64,000 nucleotides of DNA. It comes from Camelus ferus. Its lineage: Eukaryota. The notes under the pieces were generated by a model that worked only from the letters and a program-made list of their open reading frames with translations, searched no databases and had not been told where the DNA came from. Shown here in pieces: positions 50,546-63,390 of this stretch; position 1 is the first letter of the stretch; the number at the start of each line of letters is the position of its first letter. The position numbers and the translations under genes were made by a program. Where the stretch lies: contig NC_045697.1 in the NCBI RefSeq assembly GCF_009834535.1, positions 109,122,001 through 109,186,000 on the forward strand, written 5' to 3'.

Positions 50546-52274
50546 AAATTTTTTGAAAAATTTTAATTAAATATATAGGATTCCCTAATTTCCACTAGTA
50601 TTTTATTCTTCTTGGACACTTCCCGACAAGCCTTTATTTTTAGCTCTTTTAAGTAAGTTACAATTTTACTATGCTTTTCGTTGGGCAGTAAGGAATATGT
50701 TTCAATAGAGTAATATCTCTATTTTACAACTTTCCACAATTGTTTGGTGCAATTTTTAGAATATAAGTCAGTTGCAGTCTTCACACTGGTTTTGAAAGAG
50801 GTTTTATAACCCCTCTGAGCAAATGTTTCTTTGAAATTTTTTCCCTACTCCTCTCCTCCCTCCTGTCCTTAATTCTTTGGAGTTCGTCTTTGTTACACAT
50901 AATCTTGATGCAAAATAAACTGTGTTATCTGACACTTTCCCTTCACCAAGTTACTATGAATAAGCATTTCTGAGCTAATCCAGCAAAAACCACTGATCTC
51001 ATTAGCTTCCCCAGAGGAAAACAAATCAGTCTTCCGAGGTAGCATTAGGATTTTTAGAAGATGATTATTTTCCAGGCTTTATTTTTAAAGGTGGGAGGGG
51101 AGGGCTGGGGGCTAGCTCTCTGCCTCACAAACAATAAAGCCTTCCATTTCCTGTTCTTTCATTCATTTCTGTGTTTCCCCAGGAGGGAGAGGGAGACCAG
51201 GCACGGTCATCTTGCCAGTGTGAATTAACTCTTCCCTGGCCAGATTCTTTGGACATCCATTCACCGTCCATTCTGTAGTAACAAAGATTTTGTTGTACTT
51301 TGAACTAAAATAGGACCTCTGTTCTAAAAGCTTAATACAAAATTTTGAAATGAGGACTACGATCCTTCCTCTGTACAGAAGCACTGTGCAATCTAATGTT
51401 TATAACCAACCCCTACTGCTTTCACAAGCAGTGGGATGGATCAAAGAGACATCAATGCTCCATGTTAAGAAATAGCCTCCTTGGATTATTAGCACATGTG
51501 CAACAGAGCAGCCCCGTCCTTGTCCCTGCGCATGCGCGACTGCATTGCGTCACAGTATTATTGTCCTCGTTTTAGAAGGCCGGAGAAGTTGGATACGTTC
51601 TCCAAGGTCATCAGCTACTAAGGAGCAGACACAAGAGTTTGACTCAGACCTGCCTGTCTGACTTTCCAGGACACTACATACACTATGATGCTCAGCAGAA
51701 TCCGTTGGAATATTCTGTTCTCCAGGTTGGGTTTCATTAGAGCTCTCTAATTAGTGAATGCTTCCCTCTCAAAGACCTCTCACAAAGAAGACCAGCACAC
51801 TTGCTAGTTTTCTTTGTATCATCTAGTTCTCATAAGCCAACCACTTCAAGGCAGGTCCAACAAGCTTCCTGGATGACTGCATACTGGGCAGTATTCCAAG
51901 GTGGCAAACTATGCTTAAGAACCACTCAGAAGTGTAAGTAAAGGTAGCTGCCTGGACTACCAGCAGATAAATGCACTGTGTCCTCTGCAGCTGACTTGTT
52001 AGGGTGTGGGGAGTTGCAGCATTTCACTGGAACCTTCCATCTACTGGAAAAAAGAGATAAGGCAAGACTGGAAAAACCAAGTGCTCAAGTAAACTTGGTC
52101 AGCCTGATGGAAAAGCCTGATGATGCCTCAAGCTCCTAAATGAAATTCAAGTGCACGTTCTCTTGGCAGCCAACTTTGCCAGCTTACTCTTACTGTAGTT
52201 TTAACTCTTTATCCTGCCACTTAGATTACTGCTTGGCACACACTATATGTTAAATAAATACTTGCTTGAATGAG

Positions 52275-52700
52275 TGTATCCATCGGGGTTCTCCAGAGAA
52301 CACAACTAATAGGGTATTTATTTGTTTGTTTACTTGTTTGTTGGAATTGGCTCATGTGATTAAGGAGGTTGGTAAATCCAGTCTATAGTGTGGGACAACA
52401 AGCGGGAAACCCAAGGAGAACCAGTGTTCCAGTTCAAAAGCCATCAGGCAGGAAGAGTTATTGCAGATGAAGTCGAAAGGCAGTCTGCTGGTGAAATCTC
52501 TTTTACTCAGGAGAGGGTCCATCATTTTGTTCTATTCAGTCCTTCAGCTGATTGGATGAGGCCCACCCATATCATGGAGGGCAGTTAAAATGTTAATCTC
52601 ATCCAAAAACACCCATTGCAGAAACACTCAGAATAATGTTTGACCAGATGTCTGGGCCCCTGTAGCCCAGTTGAGTTCACACATAAAATTAATCATCACA
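52275..52700 (-). mobile_element. MLT2 (ERVL) solo LTR
   Basis: gggttctccagagaa, ctgattggatgaggcccaccca, cataaaattaatcatcaca; flanks atgag / gtgag. Confidence 0.9.
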
Positions 52701-53239
52701 GTGAGTGAAGGAGTAAATGAGATACAGCAGTTTCTGGAGTGTGGCAGAGCAAGTGGGATGTCGGCCATTAGTCTCTGTCATTGTATGTTTCAGTTAAAAT
52801 GACATCTTGCTAATAAGAAGGACTCTTTTTCCCATGAGGGAGCTCCAACAGACCACAGAGTTTGAAACCATGATGCCACTCTAGGGGAATCTTCCTTTGG
52901 CCGCTCATGCCCAAGTGATTAGTTACCACTGGATCAAGTGAATTAAAACGGTTGACGCATGCACCATGCTCTCCAGAACTGAGGGGTAAGATTGTTTTTG
53001 AAGTCAGAATGTCAGAATCCTAAACACATGTAAGAACCCAGCTTTTCCAAGACTTAATGGAAAAACTAAACTTTATGTACTCAAGTATACATAGCCATAT
53101 TTAAGAATACTTTGTTTAGTTGATTTAATGCAGTTAGGTGATTACTGTAAATTTCTGAAATTTGCAGATTACTGATTCTCTAAAATCACAACTCATGTCA
53201 TGTACTCTGGGATCAGGTTTCTAGATTTTCATATTAAAA

Positions 53240-54240
53240 ACGTAGCATATATTCATTTTCATGTTCTTTTTCATTAAAGGTTATTATAAGATTGAATATA
53301 GTTCCCTGTGCTATACAGAAATTTATTTTTCATCTATTTTTATATATAGTGATAAACATTTACAATTCTCATACTCCCAAACTTATCCCTTCCCACTCCC
53401 TTTCCCCTGTTAACCATAAGATTGTTTACTATGTCTGCAGGTCTGTTTCTGTTTTGTAGATGAGGTCATTAGTGCCCTCTTTTATCTTTTTTTTTTTTTT
53501 CAGATACCACATACAAGTGATATCATATGGTATTTTTCTTTCTCTTTCTGGCTTATTTCACTTAGAATGACAATCTCCAGGATCATCCATGTTGCCTCAA
53601 ATGGCATTATTTTATTCTTTTTAATGGCTGAGTAGTATTCCATTGTATAAAAATATCATATCTTCTTTATTCAGTCATCTGTCAATGGACATTTAGGTTG
53701 CTATTGTATATAGTGCTGCTGTGAACACTGGGGTCCATGTATCTTTTCGAATCAGAGTTCTCTCCAGATGTATGCCTAACACTGGGATCGCTGGATCATA
53801 TGGTAAGTCTATTTTCAGCTTTCTGAGGAATCGCCATACTGTTTTCCATAATGGCTGCACCAAACTACATTCCCACCAGCAGTGTGGGAGGGCTCCCTTT
53901 TCTCCACACTCTCTCCAGCATTTATCATTTGTGGACTTTTTAATGATGATCATTCTGAGTGGTGTGAGGTGGTACCTCACTGTAGTTTTGATTTGCATTT
54001 CTCTGATAATTAGCAATACTGAGCATTTTTTCATGTGCCTATTGGCCATTTGTGTGTCTTCCCTGGAGAATTGCTTGTTTAGGTCTTCTGCCCATTTTTG
54101 GATTGGGTTGTGTATTTTTTCTTATTAAGTTGTATGAGCTGTTTATATATTCTGGAAATGAAACCTTTGTCAGTCACATCATTTGCAAATATTTTCTCCC
54201 ATTCCGAAGGTTGTTATTTTACTTTGCTTATGGTTTCCAT
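53240..54240 (-). mobile_element. Young L1 3' region
   Basis: Minus ORF 53693-54049 ([30 protein letters not shown]...[12 protein letters not shown]) is the ORF2p C-terminal domain. Confidence 0.95.
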
Positions 54241-54284
54241 TCTTTGTTTCATGTTTCTAAAAATTATCTTCTTGCTGATATTTC

Positions 54285-54415
54285 TTTTTTTGCCGGGGGG
54301 TGGGGGCTCTTAGGTTTGTTTATTTCTTTATTTTTAATGGAGGTGCTGGGGATTGAACCCAGGACCTCATGCCCGCTAGGCATGCACTCTATCACTGAGC
54401 TGTACTCTTACCCCT
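54285..54415 (-). mobile_element. Camelid tRNA-derived SINE
   Basis: ggaggtgctggggattgaacccaggacctc...cactgagct. Confidence 0.9.
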
Positions 54416-54429
54416 CTGTTGTTTCTTTT

Positions 54430-55800
54430 TAATTATTTCTTTTCTTTATTCAAATAAGTGATACATTAACAGAATTCAAAATTCAAAAGAAAAAAGGGTA
54501 AAAACAATGAAAAGTCTCCTTCTCACCTTGGTCCCCAGCCTCCCTAATTCCTTCCCTGGACGCAATCGATGTCCCCAGCCTCATGTATTTTTCCTGGGAT
54601 TCCCTGCACATACATACATTACTGTTTACTGATCTATTTTACATTGTATCTATTGACTCCTAGTCACAGGAGATGAGAATTTCGCTTTCCCTCCTACACT
54701 CTGTGTTCTCCCTTTCCTTCCCTGCGACTTAGTCAGAGTACATGTCTTGATTAAATCATAGTTTACATTAGTAAGACTATATAAATGCTGTCACTGCTGA
54801 GCCCCATAGTTTATATACTGCATTATGTTTTACCCAGAGCTAATAAACACTTCATTTTTTCATTAGATTTTCTATGGGCCTATTGTTAACATTTTTTTCA
54901 ACTGTCCAAACAGATGTGTCACATGGCCTCTGTTCTACTCCAGTTTGGACGGCTTTTTGCTTTTAATTTTGTTTTGCTTTGTTTTTCCTCCTCTCCCAGT
55001 GTGCTATTGTTTGGGGACTTACTTTTATCATTGTCCTGTGTTGAATTCTCTTTTCCTGGACCCCAGCGTCTTTTCCTTTCTTCATTTGATTCTGTTTTTC
55101 TGAAATACATCCTCCAGTAGTTTTTTTAAGATAGGGTACGTGCAAGGTGATTTTTGAGTCCCTGTATATCTGAAAATGTCTTTATTCCACCCACACACTC
55201 TATAGTTTGGCTGCATATAGAATCCCCAGCTGAAAATAATTTTTCCTAGAATTTTGAAGCCTCCTCCACTGCCTTCTCATCTCTGCCATTCCCTTTCTCT
55301 GTCTCCATCAGTGTTTTTTCTCCCTATGTATTCTGATATTTCACAGTGATTTGCCACGATCTGAGTGTCTTTTCATTAATTATTTTGCTTAGTTGGCCCT
55401 TTTTAAATATGGAAATTCATGCCTTTTACTTCTGAAAAAAAAATGCACTCTATTTTCACTTTACTAATGTTTCCCCTTTTATTTCCTCCTGTTTTCTCTC
55501 CTGGAACTCTGGTTAGCTGAACAATATACCACTTGAATTGATCTTCTAATTTTCTTACCTTTTATGCTATTGAGAACTTTGCTTTTCAAATGTTTAATTT
55601 CTAAGGTGTCACTCTGTTTTTCTAGTTTTTAAAAAAATATCTTGTCATTTCATAGACATAATAGGTTCTTTTTGGCTCTGAAGATGCACAGCGGATTTTT
55701 TAAAACCATTCTTCTACTTCCTGTATTGTTTCTGTGGCCTCTGAGTTTCTTTTCTTGATGTGTTTGTTTCAGGCTATTCTCTGATCTCTGTCCACACATA
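54430..55800 (-). mobile_element. Ancient L1 (L1ME-like) fragments
   Basis: T-rich old L1 motifs (tctgaaaatgtctttatt, tagtttggctgcatatagaat); boundaries approximate. Confidence 0.55.
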
Positions 55801-57071
55801 GTTAAGAGTGAGGCTGCAAAACACTCAGTTGCTGTCTTTGTATAATTGAATTGCTGGGTTTGGCAACTGGTAGACCTCCTTTGAAGAATGATCTGGCCAT
55901 GGGCCTAGCTCCCAGCTTTGGGAGCCCCCACAAGGCTGTGTTGGAAGGATTTTTCTTTAATGGGGACATTTAGTTTCTTTTAAGACTAAGAAGTCCTAAG
56001 AATACGTCTGCTTTGGGTAGATATAACTGATTTCCACCCTTCTGGGAGCATGAAAGGGAACAGATCTGGAATGCCGACCATTCAGGGCACAGACTTCACT
56101 TTAACCTCCAGCGTTCAGTTTGATGTGCTTTGACCTTCCAGGAATCTGTCTGGTGACCTCAGATTAAATTCTCTTCTTGAATAATTACTTAGCTTTTTAC
56201 ATGACCACAAAGCTGGGTGTGTGCAGTGGCATCAGACATTTAGTAATATCAAGAATTTGGACTCTGCCGCCAGAATGTCTGGGTTGAATCTTGCTTCCAC
56301 CAGTTACTAGCTGCGTGATCTCAGTCGAGTTCCCTAAGCCCTGTAGTTCGTGATTCCCTGCTAAAGGTAAACAGTACAATCCCCTGGGAGGAAAGGAGCA
56401 CATTTAGATTTTATTTCTCATTAAACTGGGCTATTAATATTGTATTTTTAAAAACGGTTTCTCTTATAACGCATAACCAAGCCAATGAAAGCACAAAAGA
56501 ACACAATGGCCCACGTGGCCTTTCTGCAAAGATGATACAGGGTTTTCTACTGAAGTAATTCATTGTTCACAGAATTTGGCAAAAAGAAAAGGAAAAAGTC
56601 TCAAAACAAATAGGCCGTTGAGAAATACACCATGACACGAGGATGACGCAATGGCAGATTGCAACATGGAAAGAAGTCCTGAATGACAATTTTGTGTTAC
56701 AAAAGGATGGAAAGCAGTCCAACAAAATGGCAAGGAAACAGTGTTTATTTTGAAATCTTATTAGGGTTTTCATGTTTGGACTTTCTAACAAGTTATTTGT
56801 TTCCAGTTCACCACCACACACCCGGACTTCGAATCAGCATGGGATATTTCTCAGCTCCTGAACTCCCTTTGCTTTGGGGGAAGTATGACTGTGGGATGCA
56901 CAGAGCCTGACACCTCCCACAGTGAGAATGGAAGGTGTGTAAGAACCCGGAGGAAAGCACAGTAGAAGAGAGGTGCAGACAGACTTTGGTCAAACCCTCA
57001 AAACACAAGTCAGGGAGAAGGAGCCAGGCCTGGGGGTTCTGTCCTCCAGCAGGCCCTAGGCTTGAGGGGTT

Positions 57072-57715
57072 TGTTGAAAGTGGTCCTAAGTCCCTTGACC
57101 TGGATTTCTCTTCTGCAGATTTTCCGGTTCAAATCCATAGCAAACTGCAGGGCCACCTGGTACGTGCCGAGGCCCCCAACCTTCCAGCCCTTAGGCTTCT
57201 GCCTGTTCCTGATGGGCGTTTGTCTTAGCACAGTTAACGGCCCTGGGAAATGACTAACCTCACTGTAGCTCAGGCTGACTTGTCTCAGCCCAGGCCTCCT
57301 CCTTATCGGAGTCGTAAATTCCACTACCTTGTTTGTGTCAGCTCATGTCTCCATCTTATTAGAGCCGTAAATCCACTATCCTCCTATATGCCAAAGCCCC
57401 CTACCTTACTCACAGCCAATCAAAACTCTGTTGCCCCATCCCTTTGTGTTCACGGCCCCTTCCCCAGTAAAAGACCCTGCACATTCACATTGGGTGGCTG
57501 CACAGGCACCTCTTCCCTGGGTGGCCTGCTAGATCAGCATAACTATTAAACTTTTCCTTTGTTCTTTGCACCGGAGGACACGCAGGCACTTGTGTGGCCC
57601 ACTGTTGCCTGTAGCAGCATGCCTATTAAACTTTCCTTTGTTCTTAAACTTTCCCTTGCTTTCAGGTAAATTCTTACCAACCCACGTCACCATCCCTGAC
57701 AAGTGTCCCCCAACA
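57072..57715 (+). mobile_element. Probable solo LTR, family and 5' boundary uncertain
   Basis: tgttg...caaca termini, CCAAT at ~57416, duplicated ATTAAA-containing unit, U5-like caggtaaattcttacc. Confidence 0.55.
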
Positions 57716-57889
57716 CAAATGACAACATATGTAAGTGTTTGAATAACATAAAATATGAAAATATGTACCTTTTAAGGTTCATTTGCCAATTTGCTTTCAT
57801 TTACTTAATTCTTGATTTATCCATGATGATTAAAAAAACAGGGAAAATATAACCAGCTACTTATTTTATATATAAAGAAAACATTTTTT

Positions 57890-57993
57890 AAAGAGTTTTT
57901 GTTAGTTTGTTTTTGATAGAGGTATTAAGGATTGAACCCAGGACCTCATGCGTGCTAAGCATGCACTCTACCACTGAGCTATTTCCCTACTCC
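57890..57993 (-). mobile_element. Camelid tRNA-derived SINE
   Basis: gattgaacccaggacctcatgcgtgctaagcatgcactctaccactgagcta; taaagaaa(a/c)catttt flanks. Confidence 0.9.
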
Positions 57994-60198
57994 TTAAAGA
58001 AACCATTTTAAATAGAAAAAATATGCAGAGGTGTATGTACAAGGATTTTTTTTTTTGCATTTGTTTATAATATTGTTTTACCCACATTGGAGATTGGTGA
58101 AGTAAATTATACTATAGCCATAAAACAGTATTCTGTGCAACCACACATCAAGAAATGGGCTCATAGAACCAAACATTTCCATAAGAGAAGTTGTCCATGA
58201 TATGTTATTGGGAGGAAGGTAAAAGAAATGATAAACTACTGTTAATTATTTTGTTTTGGTAAGCATTGTTTTACGAATATGTTGGCCTAGAAAACCATCT
58301 GACATGATGCTAAATTGTAATCATTTCTGTGTGGTAGGATAATAGATGATAATTGAATTTTTGTAAAGAGTATGTATTGCTTTTGAAACTAGAAAAAAAA
58401 AAATGTATATAGCTATAACGTGACCAAAGGCAGGCAGTGAAGAGCAGGGAGTTAGAAGAAAATGAACTTAATATGCACATCATAGGTAGTCATGATGGAT
58501 GAGATCAAAACTATGGAGACTTTCCTGGAAATAACTCAAATGTTAATTTCCCACTTTTCTCAAATGAAACCAGTTTAGTAGGTCTAAGGATAAAAACAAT
58601 CTTTCTGAAATTAGAAATCACATTAATATACAGTGGTTGATTTAATCACATTGTTAAGAGATCTTTAAAATACATTCCCAAAATGTGTTCCAATTCTATT
58701 CTAGCGCTTACTCAAACTTCTTCCAAGGATTTTCATTTGATATAAATTCTGTCGGGGAGGCACCTGGTTCTCTTCAGAAATCAATCCATACTGAAGAGTG
58801 GAGAGTCTGCTGTTCATGACACCGTTGGGGCCAATATTTCAGGCGGATTCTTGGAAGAAGTGTGTCGTTGTAACCGGCGTGTCTCAGAAATGTAGACTCA
58901 CACCCCCATGCTTTGGTATAGATTTAATGTCTCTAGTTTGCTTTTAAAATTTTTTCCTACACTTGTTATCTGGAAGGCAACAGTTTTAGTTATTGGACTA
59001 GTTAAGAGGAACTGTGTAGCAGGATGTGCTATTATGGTCTACTTTGGTGTATGAATTTGGATTTAATTTCACTTGACTATTTGAGGCAGCATTTTTTACT
59101 TGCCATTTTTCTGATGTAATTCAAAATTTTAAAGTATATGCAAATGTATGTGTATTGATAGGGCATCTTACTAGAAAATGACAGTCCTAAACCACTGCAT
59201 CCGTAAAGATGTTAATATTGACGAGGGCTCCCTTTAATCCTCCGGCATAACATGGACAAAAGCACCAACTTAGTGAAATTTCTCTGTAGCCTCCCAGACA
59301 GTCTGTACTGGGTTTAAATGGATTTGGATTTGGATTTGGATTTCTGAATAGCTGCATGTGGCATCTGCCCACCTAAATATGGTGAACCTGAACCGCGTAC
59401 GTTTCCCCCACGGCGCGGTGCTCTGCGTGAGGGAGGCGCGTGTCTCCGCACCGTCGGGCACTTTCTCGCCTCATCTCTGCCTCCGAAACAGACGTGCACT
59501 TGTGTGACTGTCCATGGAGGCAGCCATGGCGCCTGCAGCTGGGATGTGGATGGTACGTCTCAATCCACCGCACAGCAAAATACATGCTGAAGTGAATGGC
59601 CTGATTGTAGGCGATAACAGAGTCTGCCTTTTAATTAAAGAAGAGGGAGGGGGAGGAGCAGGAGGAGGAGGAGGGGAGGGGAAGGAGACGAAAGAGGAGG
59701 CAAAACAAGATAAGGTATAATCAAGCCTAGTGCTGAAGTGACTTTCATTCCAAGTGAAACAAGCAGTTAATCTACATTAATACGTAAGTCACCATCCCCA
59801 TTACCATCATTTAGGAGAAATGAGAACACAATTTTAAAATCAGTGAGTAGGATTTCCAGGTATTCCTTGAGCACTAGGAATGGCATGTTTAGCCTGACCC
59901 CAGCCTGGTAAGGTACAGGCTGATGGCTGAGGCCAGAGAGGGCTTCGGGGAGGGAATTGCAAAGCATGGGCTGCATAGATGGATGTTTTCCTTTACCCTG
60001 CCGTCCTGCCACGGCAACCTTCAAACACAAGTGGGTCAGCACCAAGCACCTGCTTCTGGAGTGCTGAAGATGTTCACCCACAGGCTAAATTGGAGGCAAG
60101 TCCTGGAGCTTTTGTTCCTTTTGGGAAATTTGACGGGCATCAGGGTGGACCTGGGAGACCTGTTCAGAGATCCTCCATATGATGTACAGATTGACAGA

Positions 60199-60847
60199 TG
60201 ATACAGGAAAAATGAATGTGGGGCAAGAGGATGGCCATGTCCCAAGTTTTGGCTGAGCCCCTGGGACGTGCCCCGCCAAGCGTGGGTCCTTGGCTTCATG
60301 CAGGAAAGAATTCAAGAGGGAGCCACAACTGAGTAAAGGTAGATTTATTTAGAGAGATACATACTGCATAGCGTGTAGGCTGTCTCAGAAGGCGAGTGAA
60401 AGGCCACTAGGTGTGGGGTTTGGGGAATCAGGTTAAAGTAAAAGTAGATACACACTCCATGGACAGAGTGTGGGCCGACTCCGAAGAGTCGAGAAGCCTC
60501 GAGGCCTGGTGTTGCTACTTTTTCCGGGCTCTGTAGCTTCATATGCCAACGAGAGAACCATTCCAACTACCCTGGGGAAGGGGCTGGGATTTCCAGGAAT
60601 TGGGTCACTGCCAACTCTTGGAACTTTTATGGTCAACCTTGAACCTGTTATGGCACCTGTGGGAGTGTCATTTGCCATGTTAATATATTACCTGTGATCG
60701 TATAATGAAGCTCAAGGTCTACTAGAAGTCAAATCTCCCATCATCTTGAGCTTTAAGGTCTACTAGGAGTCAAATCTTCCACCATTTTGGTGTTAATTGC
60801 TCTTATTCCTTGAATGGCTGTCCTCTGCCCGCTTCTTTCTTGTCTCA
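60199..60847 (-). mobile_element. ERV1-type solo LTR
   Basis: tgata...tctca termini, ccttggcttcatgcaggaaagaattcaagag U5-like motif, tttatt (AATAAA on minus) at ~60344, internal duplication aaggtctactag(a/g)agtcaaatct; no clean TSD. Confidence 0.7.
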
Positions 60848-61282
60848 CCTACGCAAGGGAGCCCATTCCGGGGTAAAACCAGCAGCTGAGCCCCTCACCC
60901 TTGTTCAAGGCCATCCCAGCCTGGAGAAAAGGGCACTTCTTTCTAATGGCACAAATCACTGCTGGCGGACTGCTCTAACCAGGTGATGATGTTGGCTGCT
61001 GTCACTGGCTCTATCAATAGCCTAAGTAGGTACTAGGCTAAGCCTGTTATTATGATCTCAGTTAATACTCATAACCAGCTCATGAAGGGAGTACTACCAT
61101 TAGCCAATTTTTGTAAATGAGAACACGGAGACCTAGGATAGGTTAAGTGGCTCGTCCAAGATCGCAAGGGGTGTGGCCTGCTGACTCTAGGCAAACATAT
61201 CCAGCATCTGGGAAGAGTCAGGGTTCCCCACGCCCACGCAGCCAAATAGAAGCCACCCTAGATATTTATCCTGCATGTGCTT

Positions 61283-61408
61283 TTGGTGGGGAGGAGGTAA
61301 TTAGGTTTTCATTTCTTTCTTTTTTTTTTAAATGGAGGTACTGGGGATTGAACCCAGGACCTTGTGCCTGCTAGGCACACACTCTACCCCTGAGCTATAC
61401 CTTCCCCG
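61283..61408 (-). mobile_element. Camelid tRNA-derived SINE
   Basis: ggaggtactggggattgaacccaggacc...tgagctatacc. Confidence 0.9.
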
Positions 61409-61559
61409 CAACACGTGCTTGATATTTGTGTGGCTCTGTAACCCTCACAGGTCCTCCCTCAATGCTTTTCACACCGCAGGGATTCCATCAATATGTGTTG
61501 AATTAACTAATGGAAAAAAGATGACACATCTGAGTTCAAGGATAGGAGATTATGGATTC

Positions 61560-62010
61560 CGTGACTTTTAAAAGATTTTTCTTTTGGACAATTTCAAAAT
61601 TACACAAAAGTAGAAAGGAGAGTATAATGAACTTCCACGAGGAATCTAAACCCAGTGTCAACAGTTATCAACATTTTGCCAGCCGCATCCCTTCCCCGCC
61701 AACTTTTTGCTATATTTTGTTTTTTGCTGATACATTTTAAAGAAATCCCCAGATCTGTCACTTTACCTATAAATACTCAGGTTGGATGACTAACAGGCAA
61801 AGACTTAAAAAACAAGAACAACGTAACTACCATGCGATTATCATACCCAATAACGTTACCATTAGTATTTTAATATCTAGTACCTCATTCATATTCAAAT
61901 TGGTTGTCTCAAAGGCATTTTTCATACTTAGATTGTAGAATCAGGAAGGAAATTATGTGCACATTGCATTTGATTGTCTCTCGTAGTTTTTTCTCTTATA
62001 GTCTCACCCA
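61560..62010 (-). mobile_element. Old L1 3' end (L1MC/ME-like)
   Basis: aatttcaaaattacacaaaagtaga, acagttatcaacattttgcc, cacattgcatttgattg. Confidence 0.7.
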
Positions 62011-63227
62011 TGCCTTGTTTTTTCTTTTTCCTTTGTAAGGTCTTTGGCCTTTATTAGGTTTTTTTTTTTTTGAACACCTTTATTGCGGTATAACGCCGCT
62101 TTTTTTAATGACTTTTTCTTTACCCCTTCCTTCTCTCCTTCCCTCCCGCTTTCTTTCCTTTCCTTTCCTTTCTTTTCTCTTCTTTTCTTTTTTATTCTTT
62201 CTAGAAACCAGGGCATTTGTCTGCTATAGTGATTTTTGACTGACTCTGGAAACATTTCCTAGAGGGAGTTGACGATTGCCGATTTTCAGTTCTTCTTCCC
62301 AGTGTCCTCTGGAACGGTGTCTGTGTTGATGAGATGCCAGGTTAGATCATAATCGCTCTTTCCGCACACAAATGTGTACTGAGTGCCTGCCATGTGCCCG
62401 CCCTGGGTGCAATGTAGGAGATACAGCAGCATCCCCGTGGGGCTAGAACTGGAAGCACACAGAAGGCAGAGCACTGATGTCTCCATTTTTAGGTTCAAAG
62501 CCCTACAAAAGCAATGCAGGTGACACGTCTTCCTGGTGGCCTCAGGAAGGACAGAAGCAGAAGTCCCGCCAGGTAGGAGCACCCGCTCCCTCCCCTTGCC
62601 ACATCCCTTCTCTCTGCCTTCTGTCCTGGAGAAGCTGGCCTGGAGCCCTGTTCCTCTCTGAGCTCACCTGCCATCGGCTATCACAGCATCCTGCCTGGCA
62701 GCCGCAGCAGAAACTGTGTTCCTGACAGCTTCCTTCTCAGTGGAAAGGGTCACCCTGACCATGGTTTTCTTTCTCTTTCTCCTCACGTGGCTGGTGATTC
62801 TGAACCAAAGGGACTGCAGTTTGAAGACGTGCCAGCCATGATGCAGACAGTGGTCTTTCCTGAAAGTGCGGTCAATGCATTGATTTGACAAAAAAGCTAC
62901 CCTCCCTCCCCATCCTCTATTCTCTCCAGGTGCCTGGAGACTCCAGGCTCAGGCCTGAGACCCAAGTTCAATGGAGAGACAAGGCACATAAACATCTAGG
63001 CCAGTGAGGTTAATTGTGGGGCTTCCCTGGCTTCTCAGCAGATCCCCTAGAGTGTCTGAAGGAAGGGACCTGTCAGCCCACTTCTCAGGCTGGCTTCCCC
63101 CCAACACACACCCACAGAGGGTGGCAGCCAGCCGGGCACCACCCTAATTCCTCAATAACAGTTTCCCAGGAGCAGGGCGATCATCTCTGCCTCTTAGTTA
63201 ATTTCATTGATTAAAAAATCCTATTTC

Positions 63228-63390
63228 GGCAGGGAGGGTACAGTTCAAGTGGTAAAGCACATACTTAGCATGCCTGAGGTCCTGGGTTCAATTACCAGTA
63301 CTTCCTCTAAAAACAAATAAGTAAATAAACCTAATTACCTCCCCCCCTCAACAAAAAATAAAATTAAAAAAAAAGAATAAAATAAAAATA
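63228..63390 (+). mobile_element. Camelid tRNA-derived SINE
   Basis: Full head, body and tail; TSD aaaaatcctatttc ending 63227 / 63391-63404. Confidence 0.95.

Noticed and set aside
41935..54240. L1 ORF2 fragments as active retrotransposons or host genes
   Set aside because: All are truncated, frameshifted or deleted; no intact ORF1 plus ORF2
56572..56753. Protein-like reading IWQKEKEKVSKQIGR*EIHHDTRMTQWQIATWKEVL after an acceptor-like site
   Set aside because: Contains an internal stop, has no clear donor, and I recognise no homologue
2378..63390. tRNA-like sequences with A and B boxes (tagctcagtgg...ggttcaatcc), about 15 copies
   Set aside because: They have SINE bodies, A-rich tails and TSDs, so they are tRNA-derived SINEs rather than tRNA genes. 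The recurring MEVLGIEPRT ORFs are their antisense translation
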